DNA of 64,000 nucleotides from a virus (taxonomy: Duplodnaviria > Caudoviricetes), in IMG/VR virus record IMGVR_UViG_3300020046_010243, positions 12,937-76,936 of that record; one strand, written 5' to 3'. Shown piece after piece: positions 34,493 through 44,243 of the stretch. Below the pieces are notes generated by a model. The model saw only the letters and a program-made list of their open reading frames with translations, searched no databases and was not told where the DNA came from. Both the position numbers and the translations under genes were made by a program. Within the stretch, counting starts at the first letter, position 1, and every line of letters starts with the position of its first letter.

Positions 34493-36709
34493 TCAATCCT
34501 TCAGCGTTCGCATGACTACTCCGCGCAATGCGTTGCCCGCTTGCCGAGCCGAGCGAGTATCGGCACCCGGCAGCACGTTGGTGATGAATGTGTTGCCGCC
34601 GCTGCCCGCCATGCGCTGCGACATCTGCGCTGAGTAGACCTTCGCGCCGCGAGGCAGGTCGACAAGCTCCGGGCCATTCTCGCCCACCCAGGCTCGACCG
34701 CCGGGAGCGAAGGAAGTGCCTGAAGCGAAGCCGCCGAAGCCGCCCGGGACCGGGTCGACTACGCTGAGGTAACTCGTGCCCCCGCCGCCGAGGAATCCCA
34801 TCGCAAGCTTCGCCAGAACTCCGAAGAAATCAGGTCCCGCGGTCTGGTTGCCGCCGAAGATCATGTTCCCGATGTTCTGCGCAGCGACTCGGGTCGCCTG
34901 CTTCAGGATATCATCGACGAATGACTTGAAGGCATCCTTCGCGCTCTTGGTGCCTTCGATGAACTCGAGGAAGGAGTCTGCGAAGGCATTGGAGAAGGCG
35001 TTCTTGACCTCCTGCAACGCCTCGGCTTCCTTCTTCAACTGCTCAGCAAAGGCGAGGTCTCCGACCAACTGCTTGCGCTTTTCGAGCGCGGCGATCTGCT
35101 CGTTCAGGACTGCAACTTGCGCCTCGGTATTCTCAATGTTCGCGAGCGCGAACGCCTTGTCCTTTGCCTCGACGATGAGAGCGTCGATTTTCGCAAGGGT
35201 GAGCTTACGCACCGCCTCTTCGCCGCCCTTGACGAAAGCAATCTGCTCCTCGAGTTGCTTGTTGCTGTCGCGGATGCCTTGCGCAGTCTTCTGCTCAGCC
35301 TCAAGCTCCTTCGTGCGAGTCTTCGAGTTCTGCTCGCGGATGCGAGAGGCTTCCTCTTCGAGTTTCTTGCGATCGGCTTCGACCTTCTTGGCAATCTCGG
35401 CATCCTGAATGCGTACAGCGAGCAGTTCGATGGCGGCTTGTCGCTCAGCGGTGAGCCCGGTGAACTTCGCTTTCGATAGGTCGAGTTCGACTTGCTCGAG
35501 GACCGTGAGGTCTTGCATCTTTTCAAGTTGCTTCTCTAGCGACGCAATCAGTTTCTCTGCGTCGGTGATCTCGGCCTTCTTGTCGGGGCCTTCCTTGCCC
35601 GAGAAACTCAGTTGCTTGCCGGGCGGCTTGAAGTTGCGATCCTCGAGCGCAGCCTGATTGCGCAGCGTGCGCGCCTTGTCAAACTCGCGTTCGAGAGTAG
35701 CTGAGAAAAGCGGCTTCTCGAGGAGCCGCTTGATGTCGCTCTGGAACTCGCCGATGATCGCTCGCGCGCCCGAGAGGTTGCCGCTCATCGCCTCGTTGCG
35801 TGCAGCAAGCCCCGCAGCGATAGAGAGACCCACCGCCTGGAAGACTCGAACTACGCCATCCCCCGCATCGACGAGCTTCGCTAGAGCGAGCGCGCCCGTC
35901 TCGGCGAACTTGCGAATCTGTTCGCCGTCGAGGTTCTTCGCTTGCGTGCTGACTCCGATCAACTGCGCTACGAACTCCTTTGTCGCGGTAATGATAGAGG
36001 TGATAGTCGGGAGTGCTTCGGTCGCGAGCGCCTGGAGGTAGAGTTCCAGTTGCGCGCGAGTGCGCTTCTGAGCATCCGAGTAGGCATCTGCGCGTTCGAT
36101 TTGCTGCTGCGTCAGGATCACCTGGCGCCCACCTTCGGCGGCCAGTTCCTTCAGGAAGGGCAGCAGCGCTGCTCCGCTCTTCCCGAACAGCGCCATTGCG
36201 ACCGCGGTCTTCGATGCCCCGTCCTCGAATCCCGCGAGTGCCTTCGCAACCGTCTCCAGTTGCGTCGCAGGGTCGAGAGCCTTGAACTCCTTGATCGGAA
36301 GACCAAGCGCAGCGAGTGCGGCGCCCGCATCCTTGGTCTCATCTTCGGTGGTAACGAGGCCTTTGGTGAGCTTGTTCAATGCGCCCGCAAGCGTCGCGGT
36401 GTCCGCACCCGCAGTCTTGCCTGCGACTGCAAACGATGCGAGCGCCTCAGCATTCGCGCCGGTGATCTCCTCGAAGTCCTTGAAGTCGCCCGCTTGTCCG
36501 GCGAGGTTGTTGATCGCAGCGAAGGCGCCGATCGCCGCAGCACCCATCGCAGCAATCGCCCCCGCGGCTGCGGTAGCACCAGCCGCAATCGCTTGGTCGA
36601 GTTTCTTGGCGAACTTCTCAGCATCGCGCTCGGACTTCGTGAGCCCGGTAGTGAACTCGGCAGCATTCAACCCGAGCGATACGACCAGAGAACCGAGAGA
36701 GGTAGCCAT
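34493..36709 (-). CDS. tape measure protein
   Basis: MATSLGSLVVSLGLNAAEFT, long helical Ala-rich body, FASG...WVGENGPE. Confidence 0.92.
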   Translation of the reverse strand: MATSLGSLVVSLGLNAAEFTTGLTKSERDAEKFAKKLDQAIAAGATAAAGAIAAMGAAAIGAFAAINNLAGQAGDFKDFEEITGANAEALASFAVAGKTAGADTATLAGALNKLTKGLVTTEDETKDAGAALAALGLPIKEFKALDPATQLETVAKALAGFEDGASKTAVAMALFGKSGAALLPFLKELAAEGGRQVILTQQQIERADAYSDAQKRTRAQLELYLQALATEALPTITSIITATKEFVAQLIGVSTQAKNLDGEQIRKFAETGALALAKLVDAGDGVVRVFQAVGLSIAAGLAARNEAMSGNLSGARAIIGEFQSDIKRLLEKPLFSATLEREFDKARTLRNQAALEDRNFKPPGKQLSFSGKEGPDKKAEITDAEKLIASLEKQLEKMQDLTVLEQVELDLSKAKFTGLTAERQAAIELLAVRIQDAEIAKKVEADRKKLEEEASRIREQNSKTRTKELEAEQKTAQGIRDSNKQLEEQIAFVKGGEEAVRKLTLAKIDALIVEAKDKAFALANIENTEAQVAVLNEQIAALEKRKQLVGDLAFAEQLKKEAEALQEVKNAFSNAFADSFLEFIEGTKSAKDAFKSFVDDILKQATRVAAQNIGNMIFGGNQTAGPDFFGVLAKLAMGFLGGGGTSYLSVVDPVPGGFGGFASGTSFAPGGRAWVGENGPELVDLPRGAKVYSAQMSQRMAGSGGNTFITNVLPGADTRSARQAGNALRGVVMRTLKD

Positions 36710-36712
36710 GCG

Positions 36713-37084
36713 CTACACCGCCTTCGCTTTGCGCTTGCGCTTCAACCCGAGAACCCGCACATTCTTGCCGCCGATTCCCGCAAAAGCCTCCGCGGCGATC
36801 TTGCCGGATGCAACTGAATTGGTCGGGGCTTCGGGCTTCGGCATCAGGTCAACGAGGAAATCCTCGAGCGTGTAATCGGATGCGCCGCCCATTGCCTGAG
36901 CGACCACTAGGCAGACCAGAGCCAACTGCAAATGCGTGCGGCGAGAGGGGAGCCCGACGGTGCGCTGATACTTCTCCCACCGCGAGAACTCTCGGGACGA
37001 CATGCGCACCGAAAGCTCCCGCACCGTCATGCCCATCTCTAGCGCCAGATCGTGCAGGAGGATCTGGCGCTTCGTCAGTTTCCC
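36713..37084 (-). CDS. frameshifted extension of tail assembly chaperone (GT)
   Basis: -1 frame opens GKLTKRQILLHDLALEMGMTVREL..MSSREF..W. Confidence 0.8.
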   Translation of the reverse strand, partial: GKLTKRQILLHDLALEMGMTVRELSVRMSSREFSRWEKYQRTVGLPSRRTHLQLALVCLVVAQAMGGASDYTLEDFLVDLMPKPEAPTNSVASGKIAAEAFAGIGGKNVRVLGLKRKRKAKAV

Positions 37085-37386
37085 GGCGTATCCTCCGCGA
37101 TGGCTGCACTCAGCAACTTCCAGGGCTGCCGGGCGAGCAATGCGACATCTTCCGGGTCGTCGCAGTTGAAGAGCAAGACGCCTTCCGCATCGCAGAGAAC
37201 CCGCGCCGCTGCGCGCGCGATGCGGTGCTTGTTCTTCTTGTCGGCGGTATCTTCGGTCTGGTCTTCGATCTCCGAGACAGTGACATCGCGGATGTAGACC
37301 TCGCCCCACTTCGGGATGGTGCGCTTGCGCGGAGGCTCCGCGGCAGTCGCTCGCATCGCGGCGATCAGTTCATCGCGGGTCGTCAT
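37075..37386 (-). CDS. tail assembly chaperone (G)
   Basis: Between tube and TMP; ends PGN*. Confidence 0.85.
   Translation of the reverse strand: MTTRDELIAAMRATAAEPPRKRTIPKWGEVYIRDVTVSEIEDQTEDTADKKNKHRIARAAARVLCDAEGVLLFNCDDPEDVALLARQPWKLLSAAIAEDTPGN
37078..37084 (-). promoter_or_regulatory. programmed -1 frameshift slippery site G GGA AAC
   Basis: X XXY YYZ heptamer immediately before the TGA. Confidence 0.8.
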
Positions 37387-37387
37387 C

Positions 37388-38047
37388 TTACGCCTCGAAG
37401 ACGAAGACTTCGCCGGTGAGCTTGATCGAAGCCGAGGCCGTCCAGACCCCATTGACCGCGCCCTGGAAGGAGGTCGAGGTCACGGTGCCGATCATGATGA
37501 CGATGCCGCCGGTGCCCGGGAAGATGATCTTGAAGGCGACCTGGTCACCGCTGAGCTTCGCCGCGCGCAGCGCAGCCTGCACCGCCTCGTTGCCGGCCCA
37601 GTTGAAGTCGAGTTGCAGAGTGCCCGAATCGCTCAGGCCTTGTTCGAACTCCTTCGCGGTCGAGCAGATCGTGGTGACTTCGATCGTATCGGCGCCGGCA
37701 TCCTGTTGGTTCGCGCCGGTCAGTTCGCAGAAGGTCGTGAACGTGACGGGCGAGGCGGTCGCGAGCGGGCTACCGCCAGCGAAGGCAGTGCCCCCGGTCG
37801 TATCGCCGCCCGCGAGTTCGAATGTGCCCGACGCTTCGTTGTCGACCGGGTAGAGGTTGCCCTCCAAGCCGGTGGGGGTAACGAGGTCATTGATGCGGAC
37901 CACGTCGCCGGTGACGAAGCCGTGCGCGGTCGACGAGACGACCGGCGGTTCCGCCAGGGTGACGCCCGTGATGGTCTTCGCGACTCCGAAGCCCGTCTGG
38001 ACCTTGAACTGCGAACCATTGAATTTGTAGCGCTTGCCCGAAGACAT
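37388..38047 (-). CDS. major tail tube protein
   Basis: ITGVTLAEPPVV..AHG, DTIEVTTICSTAKEFEQGL.DSG, FKIIFP. Confidence 0.88.
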   Translation of the reverse strand: MSSGKRYKFNGSQFKVQTGFGVAKTITGVTLAEPPVVSSTAHGFVTGDVVRINDLVTPTGLEGNLYPVDNEASGTFELAGGDTTGGTAFAGGSPLATASPVTFTTFCELTGANQQDAGADTIEVTTICSTAKEFEQGLSDSGTLQLDFNWAGNEAVQAALRAAKLSGDQVAFKIIFPGTGGIVIMIGTVTSTSFQGAVNGVWTASASIKLTGEVFVFEA

Positions 38048-38092
38048 GATCTACTCCTTGCGTTGTTTGCGGGGTTTACAGGGGTTGCGGTA

Positions 38093-38476
38093 TTACGGTG
38101 AACCGGAGACGCTTGAAGGGCTGATGAAATACTCGAGCGTCACTCGGTAAGTCTTGGTCTGCTCATCGAACTCTTGTCCGCCACTTGGTTGACGAGTCGC
38201 CGGCAGCGAAAATCCTAGCATAGCGGCGATGACTTGGTCGCGCAAGGTGATGACCGCCCCATGCGTCAACGCAACCAGATCGAGTTGCACTGAACTATCA
38301 TCGGTGTCGACAGTCGTGCTGCCGCAGATATCGTTGGTATCGGAAGAGGTCAGCACCGTATAGCGAATCGCGGGCCAGCGCGGCAGTTCTCCGTCGGGCT
38401 GGATGAAGGTCAGCGGGTAGCACCGGTTGTTGACCAGAGGCCCCAAGGTAGTGAACAGAAGTCCTTCCAGCATCAC
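38093..38476 (-). CDS. tail terminator (DUF3168-like)
   Basis: Position; P.IRY, VQLDL, LRDQV. Confidence 0.8.
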   Translation of the reverse strand: MMLEGLLFTTLGPLVNNRCYPLTFIQPDGELPRWPAIRYTVLTSSDTNDICGSTTVDTDDSSVQLDLVALTHGAVITLRDQVIAAMLGFSLPATRQPSGGQEFDEQTKTYRVTLEYFISPSSVSGSP

Positions 38477-38919
38477 ACACCCGCCTTCTTGAGGAAGCGC
38501 TCGAGTTTCTTGGCCATCGCTTTGATCGCGTCGCCGATGTTTTTCGCAAGAGCCGGGCGCATGTAGGGCTGAGCGCTCATGTTGATCGTCCCGAACTCCA
38601 CGAGCCGCCCATACCGCGCGGCATAGCCATCCTTCTTCTTGCCGCGCACAGTCACGATATACTCAGCGGTCAGCGAAGTGCGGGAAATCTTCTTCGTGAT
38701 GATGTTCTTTTTCAGGTTCCCCGGCTGCACCAGGGTATCCTTCACAATGTGCGGCTTGTCGTAGTCGGGCGCCGCGGCGATGGCGGCTTTCTTTACGACG
38801 CCCGCAGCCGCAGAAGTCGCCTGCCATGCAGCCTTCGTCGACAGTTCCTTCTTCAAGCGCTCCATGCGCGCGCCTAAAGCCGCTAGGCCTTGGACTTCGA
38901 TGCGAGTGACTTGCGGCAT
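38473..38919 (-). CDS. HK97 gp10-like neck protein
   Basis: GNLKKNI, YGRLVEFGT..MSAQPYMRPAL. Confidence 0.92.
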   Translation of the reverse strand: MPQVTRIEVQGLAALGARMERLKKELSTKAAWQATSAAAGVVKKAAIAAAPDYDKPHIVKDTLVQPGNLKKNIITKKISRTSLTAEYIVTVRGKKKDGYAARYGRLVEFGTINMSAQPYMRPALAKNIGDAIKAMAKKLERFLKKAGV

Positions 38920-38921
38920 AG

Positions 38922-39272
38922 CTACCCCTCGTTCGTCCCTGACTTGCAGCGAAGCTCCAGCATGCCGCGCGAGAGTCCCGGTTCGATCGGACCCACGATA
39001 TTGTAGATGACCGGCGGCCGCCCATCCGCTTGGTGCACGATGCGCGACTTCGCACTCAGCGCGGCGAGCGCAGGTGCCCAGCGGACAGTGATCTTCGTAT
39101 CGACCTCAGAGAGCAACCCGCCGCCGATCTGCGACTCGCGGGCGCTCTGCGGCAGGATCTCAGCATAGACGGTTGCGAAAGTCTGCCAGGAAGTCTCGGG
39201 TGCGCCGGTGCTCGACTGCGCATCGGTCGCGGTCTGGATCAAGACGCGATGAGAGAGGCGCGCGATTCTCAT
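38922..39272 (-). CDS. head-closure / head-tail adaptor
   Basis: LSHRVLIQ..TGAP..SWQTFATVYAEI, ITVRW, IYNI. Confidence 0.9.
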   Translation of the reverse strand: MRIARLSHRVLIQTATDAQSSTGAPETSWQTFATVYAEILPQSARESQIGGGLLSEVDTKITVRWAPALAALSAKSRIVHQADGRPPVIYNIVGPIEPGLSRGMLELRCKSGTNEG

Positions 39273-39994
39273 GCGATCGGCATCCGGATGCGGTAACGCT
39301 CGACCAGCGCCTGGATCCCCAGGGGCAGACGACTCACCATGTTGCCCACATTGATCTCCTCCCGGTTCTCATAGAGAGCACCGAGCGTCAACTTCATCGC
39401 GGCGATCAGTGAGTATGGGATGATGTTGTCGAGCGGAGAAGCGCCCGGTGCATCGTAGCCGACGCTCATGCGGATGCGGATCGACCCTGGCTGGTCGCGC
39501 GAAGAGGGCCAGTCACTCGAACCATATGCAGGATAGAGCACGGGCACCTCGCAGGCATTGTCGAGGTAGAAGGCGCTCGGATCCATCACCGCATCATTCC
39601 CGTCGCTGTCTTTATAGGTCACGGAAATGATGCCATTGACCGGCGCGGTCATCAGCGAGATCCCGAAGTCGGGCATCCATCGCGACATGCCCGAGAAGCA
39701 GCGCCCCGAAAGCTCGACCGTCTGCGGAGCGAGCGCGAGTCCGCTCACGAACTCGATATATTCGCGCGAGGCAGGGATGAGCGCCTCGATCAGTTCCTGG
39801 TCGAGGTAGGTCGCAGGGCTGCCGTATGCATCGATGCGCAAGTGCTGCGCGGCTTGGTCGAGAGTGATCGGCTCGATGCTCGGCGGAGTGATGACTCGAA
39901 GCGACTTGCGGTCGCGCAGGTCGCGCTGCCATCCCGCGATGCAGGTGATGTAGCTGTTGGCGAGACTGCGCCCATAGTTCAGGTAGCTGGTCAT
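39269..39994 (-). CDS. head-tail connector (gp6-like)
   Basis: PPSIEPITLDQAAQHLRID, AMKLTLGALYENRE, LVERYRI. Confidence 0.9.
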   Translation of the reverse strand: MTSYLNYGRSLANSYITCIAGWQRDLRDRKSLRVITPPSIEPITLDQAAQHLRIDAYGSPATYLDQELIEALIPASREYIEFVSGLALAPQTVELSGRCFSGMSRWMPDFGISLMTAPVNGIISVTYKDSDGNDAVMDPSAFYLDNACEVPVLYPAYGSSDWPSSRDQPGSIRIRMSVGYDAPGASPLDNIIPYSLIAAMKLTLGALYENREEINVGNMVSRLPLGIQALVERYRIRMPIA

Positions 39995-40677
39995 CCGAGG
40001 CACTCCTTCTTCGCTTGCTCCCAGATGTAAGCATGTTCGCATCCGGGTTTGAGTTCGGGGGTGCCCAGCGTGTAGTGGGCGATGATCGGTCGTTCGGGCT
40101 TGGGCTGCATTCCGACGAGCCAGTTATACTCGCCGGGAAGCGCACCGATCTCATTGTCGGCCAGCCAGCGAAACGCATGCAGATCGCGACCGGGCCATTG
40201 GTTGAGCATCTGGAGATTCAAGCGACGATTGGCGGGATGGTCGCAGTTGAAGAGCATCACCGACGACCAAAGCTTGCGATGGTAGTTAGTCTGGATCTGG
40301 TTGTCCATCTTGAAGCCGCCGACTTGCCCGACCTCATGCTTCACCACGCAGACCGCATAGTCATCGCGCGCATACCGAAGCATGCTGCGCGGATCCTCAA
40401 GAAAGATCACGTCCCCGTCGACGAAGAGCGCCCACCCGCTATGCGCGAGCAGGAGCGTTGCAAAGCGGGCGATGGCGAAGCGAGTCGACTGCGGAGCTTC
40501 GCTGTTGAGATCGAAAGCCTGCCCGCCTCGCGTATCCATCGGGCGGTAAATGATGCCCGATGCGCGCAGTCGGTCTTCGTAAAGACCGTGCACCTCGCAA
40601 CCGAAGCGCAGCGCAGACGCGACCGCGAGGTTGAATGAGACCGCCTCGCGCTCCTCGTAACCGACAAAGACTCTCAT
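39991..40677 (-). CDS. GT-A glycosyltransferase (GT8-like)
   Basis: VFVGYE.RE, STRF..ARF, FVDGD (DxD), RKLWSSVMLFN, HYTLGTP. Confidence 0.88.
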   Translation of the reverse strand: MRVFVGYEEREAVSFNLAVASALRFGCEVHGLYEDRLRASGIIYRPMDTRGGQAFDLNSEAPQSTRFAIARFATLLLAHSGWALFVDGDVIFLEDPRSMLRYARDDYAVCVVKHEVGQVGGFKMDNQIQTNYHRKLWSSVMLFNCDHPANRRLNLQMLNQWPGRDLHAFRWLADNEIGALPGEYNWLVGMQPKPERPIIAHYTLGTPELKPGCEHAYIWEQAKKECLG

Positions 40678-40688
40678 GCCTGCTTACC

Positions 40689-41354
40689 TCACCCCGGGAC
40701 CATGACAAAGTCGCCTGACATCTTCTCGACGCATTCGTAGCCGAGCGACTGCAACCACTCGACTGCGCCCAACTCAGGTAAACCGAACTGCTGTGCGCGC
40801 CCTGGCTTTTGTTCGACGATGATAGTGGGCAAGTCTCGCGCTATTGTAGCCTCTCCTCCGCGCAATGCAAAGTATTCGTAGCCTTCGCAGTCGAGTTTGA
40901 TGAAGTCGACAGACTGCAGATTGAAGGTGTCGAGACGGCAGAGCGGGATATCGCCCTCGCCCCCTACTTTCGAGTCCCCTGACGAGGATGGGGCTGTCTC
41001 AATACGCACGCTGCCCTCGTGGTCGCCGAGCGCGCAGGCATGCAAGACCGCGCGCGAATAGCCGAGGTTGACCAGATCCGGTTCGATGACATTCTGCTGA
41101 AAGCAGTCGCGGTGCGCTGCGACAGGCTCGAATGCATGCACAGTCTTGAACTGCTTGACCAACTGCATCGACCAGAGACCGATATGACCCCCGACATCGA
41201 CAGCAGTGCGAAAGTCGCGACAGTGCCGCAAGGCGGCACGGAGTTTCTTGATCTGGTAGGTCCCCTTGCCGTCGACCCATTCTCCCGACTTATTCATCCA
41301 GTCGAGCAGGTGCACTTCGCTGTCCGGAAACCAGATCCCCTGGTGCTGCTTCAT
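40689..41354 (-). CDS. FkbM-family SAM-dependent methyltransferase
   Basis: VDVGGHIG, HAFEP, ALGD, FIKLDCEGYEY..LRGG, PTIIVE. Confidence 0.92.
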   Translation of the reverse strand: MKQHQGIWFPDSEVHLLDWMNKSGEWVDGKGTYQIKKLRAALRHCRDFRTAVDVGGHIGLWSMQLVKQFKTVHAFEPVAAHRDCFQQNVIEPDLVNLGYSRAVLHACALGDHEGSVRIETAPSSSGDSKVGGEGDIPLCRLDTFNLQSVDFIKLDCEGYEYFALRGGEATIARDLPTIIVEQKPGRAQQFGLPELGAVEWLQSLGYECVEKMSGDFVMVPG

Positions 41355-42085
41355 GAAAAGACCTCCTGGTGAAGTGCTGCGTGAACTTCGTCAACGGTGA
41401 TGGCGAGCATGGCGGCCTTACACCCTGCGCACGCCTGCCGGTTGCCGCACCATCCGGTAGCATGCCGAATGTTGCGCTGGTTCTGGTAGCCGGTGAACTC
41501 GGGCGAGATAAACTCGGACCAAAGCACGACCGAAGGAATCGAAAGCGCAGCCGCAGCATGGTGCAATGCGCCTTCGCCGCCGACGAACCCGATGCTAGAG
41601 GTCAGGATTGCAAGAGCTTCCCGGAAGGCGGTCTCCTTGAACTCGACACCGCGCAGTCGCTTCGACTCAAGCGAACCGACCTGAATATAGCGACCTGGGT
41701 CTCGGTCGACCAACTGCTGCCATCGCTCGAACGGCCATGCTTTGTTGCCCCCGACGACCTTGGTATTCGGTTCGATCAAGACCTTGCCCGCGAAGGGCGC
41801 AGCCTTCGCAAGCTCGTCCCGGTGCAGGTAGAGACTACCCGGTTCGATGTTCCAGTGCCTCCAGACCCACCGCTCGGCGGTCTTGCCCGAGATATATGGG
41901 CGCACCCCCGAGGCGTTGAGCAAGGTAGCAGCGCCTCGCGTCTCGCGGGTGATGATCGGGTTGTACTCGAAGACCGGTGACCATTGCGCGCGCCCGCGCA
42001 GATCCATCACCACGACTTGCTTCCCGGTAGCCTGGTGAAGTTGACGCACCTGCGCGGTCGCCATAATCCAGTCACCGAGACCCAT
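41351..42085 (-). CDS. GT9-like (heptosyltransferase-type) glycosyltransferase
   Basis: MGLGDWIMAT, KAWP..RWQQL, FVGGEGALHHAAAAL..PSVVLW, CM-type ending AITVDEV. Confidence 0.85.
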   Translation of the reverse strand: MGLGDWIMATAQVRQLHQATGKQVVVMDLRGRAQWSPVFEYNPIITRETRGAATLLNASGVRPYISGKTAERWVWRHWNIEPGSLYLHRDELAKAAPFAGKVLIEPNTKVVGGNKAWPFERWQQLVDRDPGRYIQVGSLESKRLRGVEFKETAFREALAILTSSIGFVGGEGALHHAAAALSIPSVVLWSEFISPEFTGYQNQRNIRHATGWCGNRQACAGCKAAMLAITVDEVHAALHQEVFS

Positions 42086-42680
42086 TCGCACCTCCTTTGC
42101 GCCGGTAGTACCAGACCACCTCGTCGAAGGGTCCGAGTTCCTTGCGCTCGACCACGAAACCCGCCTCCTCCATGACCGCCCCGATATCGAAGGGACGGTT
42201 GTTGGTTCGAGCATCGACGATGACATCGCGCCCGCTAGGCGAAAGCCGCATGACGCAGAGATCATCGCAGATCGAAGCGAAGTGACTCGCGGCGAAGATA
42301 GGATCCTGGAGCTTGTGCAAGAGAGCGAGGAGCAGCACGATATCGTAATGCTCTTGCGGGCGATACTGATCCGCATCCGCCTGGATGAAAGTGCAGTCAG
42401 AAAAGCCTCGCTCAGCGGCGAGGCGATTCCCGATCTTGATGTGCCCCGGCACGATCTCAGCGCCGAGGACCTTGCGCGCGCCCAACCGCGCAGCCTCGAG
42501 CGAGATCAGTCCTTCTGCGCAACCGATGTCGAGGATGCTCTTGCCTTTCACCTCAGCGAAGAGAGGCTCCAGCCCGCGCAGTTGTTGTTCGAGCGTTCGA
42601 TCCCCGGGTCGCTCAGGAAGATCGAACCAGCCTCGGGTTCGCATCCGCTCAGCCTTGCGCTCGCGCGCGCGATTAGCCAC
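42072..42680 (-). CDS. class I SAM-dependent methyltransferase
   Basis: SILDIGCAEG..SLEAARLGARKVLGAE, YDIVLLLALLH; start 42680 or 42644. Confidence 0.88.
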   Translation of the reverse strand: MANRARERKAERMRTRGWFDLPERPGDRTLEQQLRGLEPLFAEVKGKSILDIGCAEGLISLEAARLGARKVLGAEIVPGHIKIGNRLAAERGFSDCTFIQADADQYRPQEHYDIVLLLALLHKLQDPIFAASHFASICDDLCVMRLSPSGRDVIVDARTNNRPFDIGAVMEEAGFVVERKELGPFDEVVWYYRRKGGANGSR

Positions 42681-43458
42681 GTTGCTCTCCTTGCCGCGAC
42701 AATGCATCCCATGCGATGCCGCGCCGCATTTCATCAAGAGTCCATTGGTTATCTGCGAGCACGCCTGCCCAGTTGCGGATGTATGCGGGCCCGCAGAAAA
42801 TTGGAGTCTCCATTCGCTCCAGCGCAAGGTTTGCTACGGGAGCAGCAGCGCATTGCTTGCTCACGAATGCGGGAACTCCGGAGAGCACTGCGGTAATCGC
42901 AGCCGCCGAGGACCAGGTGACCAGCGCATGTGCGCCTTCCAGATCCTCTCCGAGGGTGCTCGCAAGTTTCGCTTTGTCTCCGGACCAAAGCCGCAACCGC
43001 ACCGACCGCTTGCTGATACCGCCGAGCGCCTTCATAGTATCCGACGCCCAGTTCCCCTGGTAGCCGACAATCGTCTCCATGAATGAATCCGACTGCGGGC
43101 AGACGACGATGTGACTGCCTCGATTGCGAAGCGGTCGATTGTCGATCCCGAGATCATCGAAACGCTGCTTGTTCGAGACGCCGAAGCCGGTATGCTGGAG
43201 TCGGTTCTTCGTGATGCGGAAGTACTGCTGCCGCGCATCGTCGAAGTAGCTATTGTCGCAGTAGTAGAAGTCTTGCTGCGCATTCGCTCGAACTGCCTTC
43301 CAGAGGTGCGCATTGCTCGCATCGACGCCGTAGAAGAAGGCGGGGCCGGGCTGCAGTTGCTCGGCGTCGACCAGGATCTGAGCACCGCAGCCTGCGGCGA
43401 AAGCCTTGCAGATGTCGAGCGACTTTTGCTTTCCGCTTACGGGGTAGCAGTAGATCAC
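42673..43458 (-). CDS. GT-B-like protein resembling capsule-synthesis KpsS/KpsC family
   Basis: YCDNSYF, RF..LGI..RP.R, IVVCPQ, DL.GAHALVTWSSAAAITAVLSGVP. Confidence 0.7.
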   Translation of the reverse strand: MIYCYPVSGKQKSLDICKAFAAGCGAQILVDAEQLQPGPAFFYGVDASNAHLWKAVRANAQQDFYYCDNSYFDDARQQYFRITKNRLQHTGFGVSNKQRFDDLGIDNRPLRNRGSHIVVCPQSDSFMETIVGYQGNWASDTMKALGGISKRSVRLRLWSGDKAKLASTLGEDLEGAHALVTWSSAAAITAVLSGVPAFVSKQCAAAPVANLALERMETPIFCGPAYIRNWAGVLADNQWTLDEMRRGIAWDALSRQGEQRG

Positions 43459-44243
43459 TTTGCACCTCCCGCGCGCGCGATCTCGAGGAAGCGCATGAAC
43501 GGCTCACCCTTGTCGAGTTCAGCGATGCTCCATTGCGCCCACGCCATTTGCCGCATCGCATGGAGACGCTTCTCGTCGTCGTAAAGCAGCGGCGCGTCGA
43601 GCCGGGAGGCTGCGTTCGCGCAGATCCAGAAGGGCGCATCGAACCGAACCGGGATGCCGAGAGTCAGTGCCTTGACCCCCGAGGATGACGACCAGATCAC
43701 GCAGTCGCGCGCGCCCGCGAGATCAGTCTCCAATGGGATCGCGGGCATATGGTTCCCGGGATGCAGTCGCAGTTGCGTGGGGTTGCCTTGCTTCTGAAGT
43801 CGAGTCTGAGCAAGCTTGTGCCAATCGGGCGGGGATGCCATGTGCGGCGTCCCGATGCCGCGCTGCCCGCAAATCAGCGAGTAGCCTTCGCGCTTCACCC
43901 AGGGTTGGAGTTCGATGTTCAGCGCGGCGAAGCGCTCGGGGCCGCCTCCAGGCCAGATCCCGCTACCGTTATGGCCGTGAATCGATAGCGCATAGAGTTG
44001 GTGCCCGGCGGCATCCTTGCCGAGGTAGCCGTTCTCGGCGACGATGACTGTACCCCCATTCTTCTCCCAGGCGTCTGCCATCGACCCGCTCGACCCGTAC
44101 CGGTTCCAGATGATGAGGAAGTCTTCGGGATCGGCCGCCATGCCCTTTTCGATGAGCCGGAACCCCGCTGCGCGCAGACCGCCGATGAAAGCTTCGCGGC
44201 GGTAGTGCGGTTCTGCTCGGATCATGCACAATGCGTTTTTCAT
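43455..44243 (-). CDS. second KpsS/KpsC-like GT-B protein
   Basis: AENGYL, ERF.AL.IELQPW, ICGQRG, DL.GA..CVIWSSSSGVKALTLGIPV; paralog of neighbour. Confidence 0.7.
   Translation of the reverse strand: MKNALCMIRAEPHYRREAFIGGLRAAGFRLIEKGMAADPEDFLIIWNRYGSSGSMADAWEKNGGTVIVAENGYLGKDAAGHQLYALSIHGHNGSGIWPGGGPERFAALNIELQPWVKREGYSLICGQRGIGTPHMASPPDWHKLAQTRLQKQGNPTQLRLHPGNHMPAIPLETDLAGARDCVIWSSSSGVKALTLGIPVRFDAPFWICANAASRLDAPLLYDDEKRLHAMRQMAWAQWSIAELDKGEPFMRFLEIARAGGAK

Noticed and set aside
28797-39823. GSP as a DNA-level motif such as a restriction, Chi-like or operator site
   Set aside because: Codons vary freely (ggc agc cct, ggt tca ccg, ggg tcg ccg, ggc tct ccc, ggc agt ccc, ggc tcc ccg)
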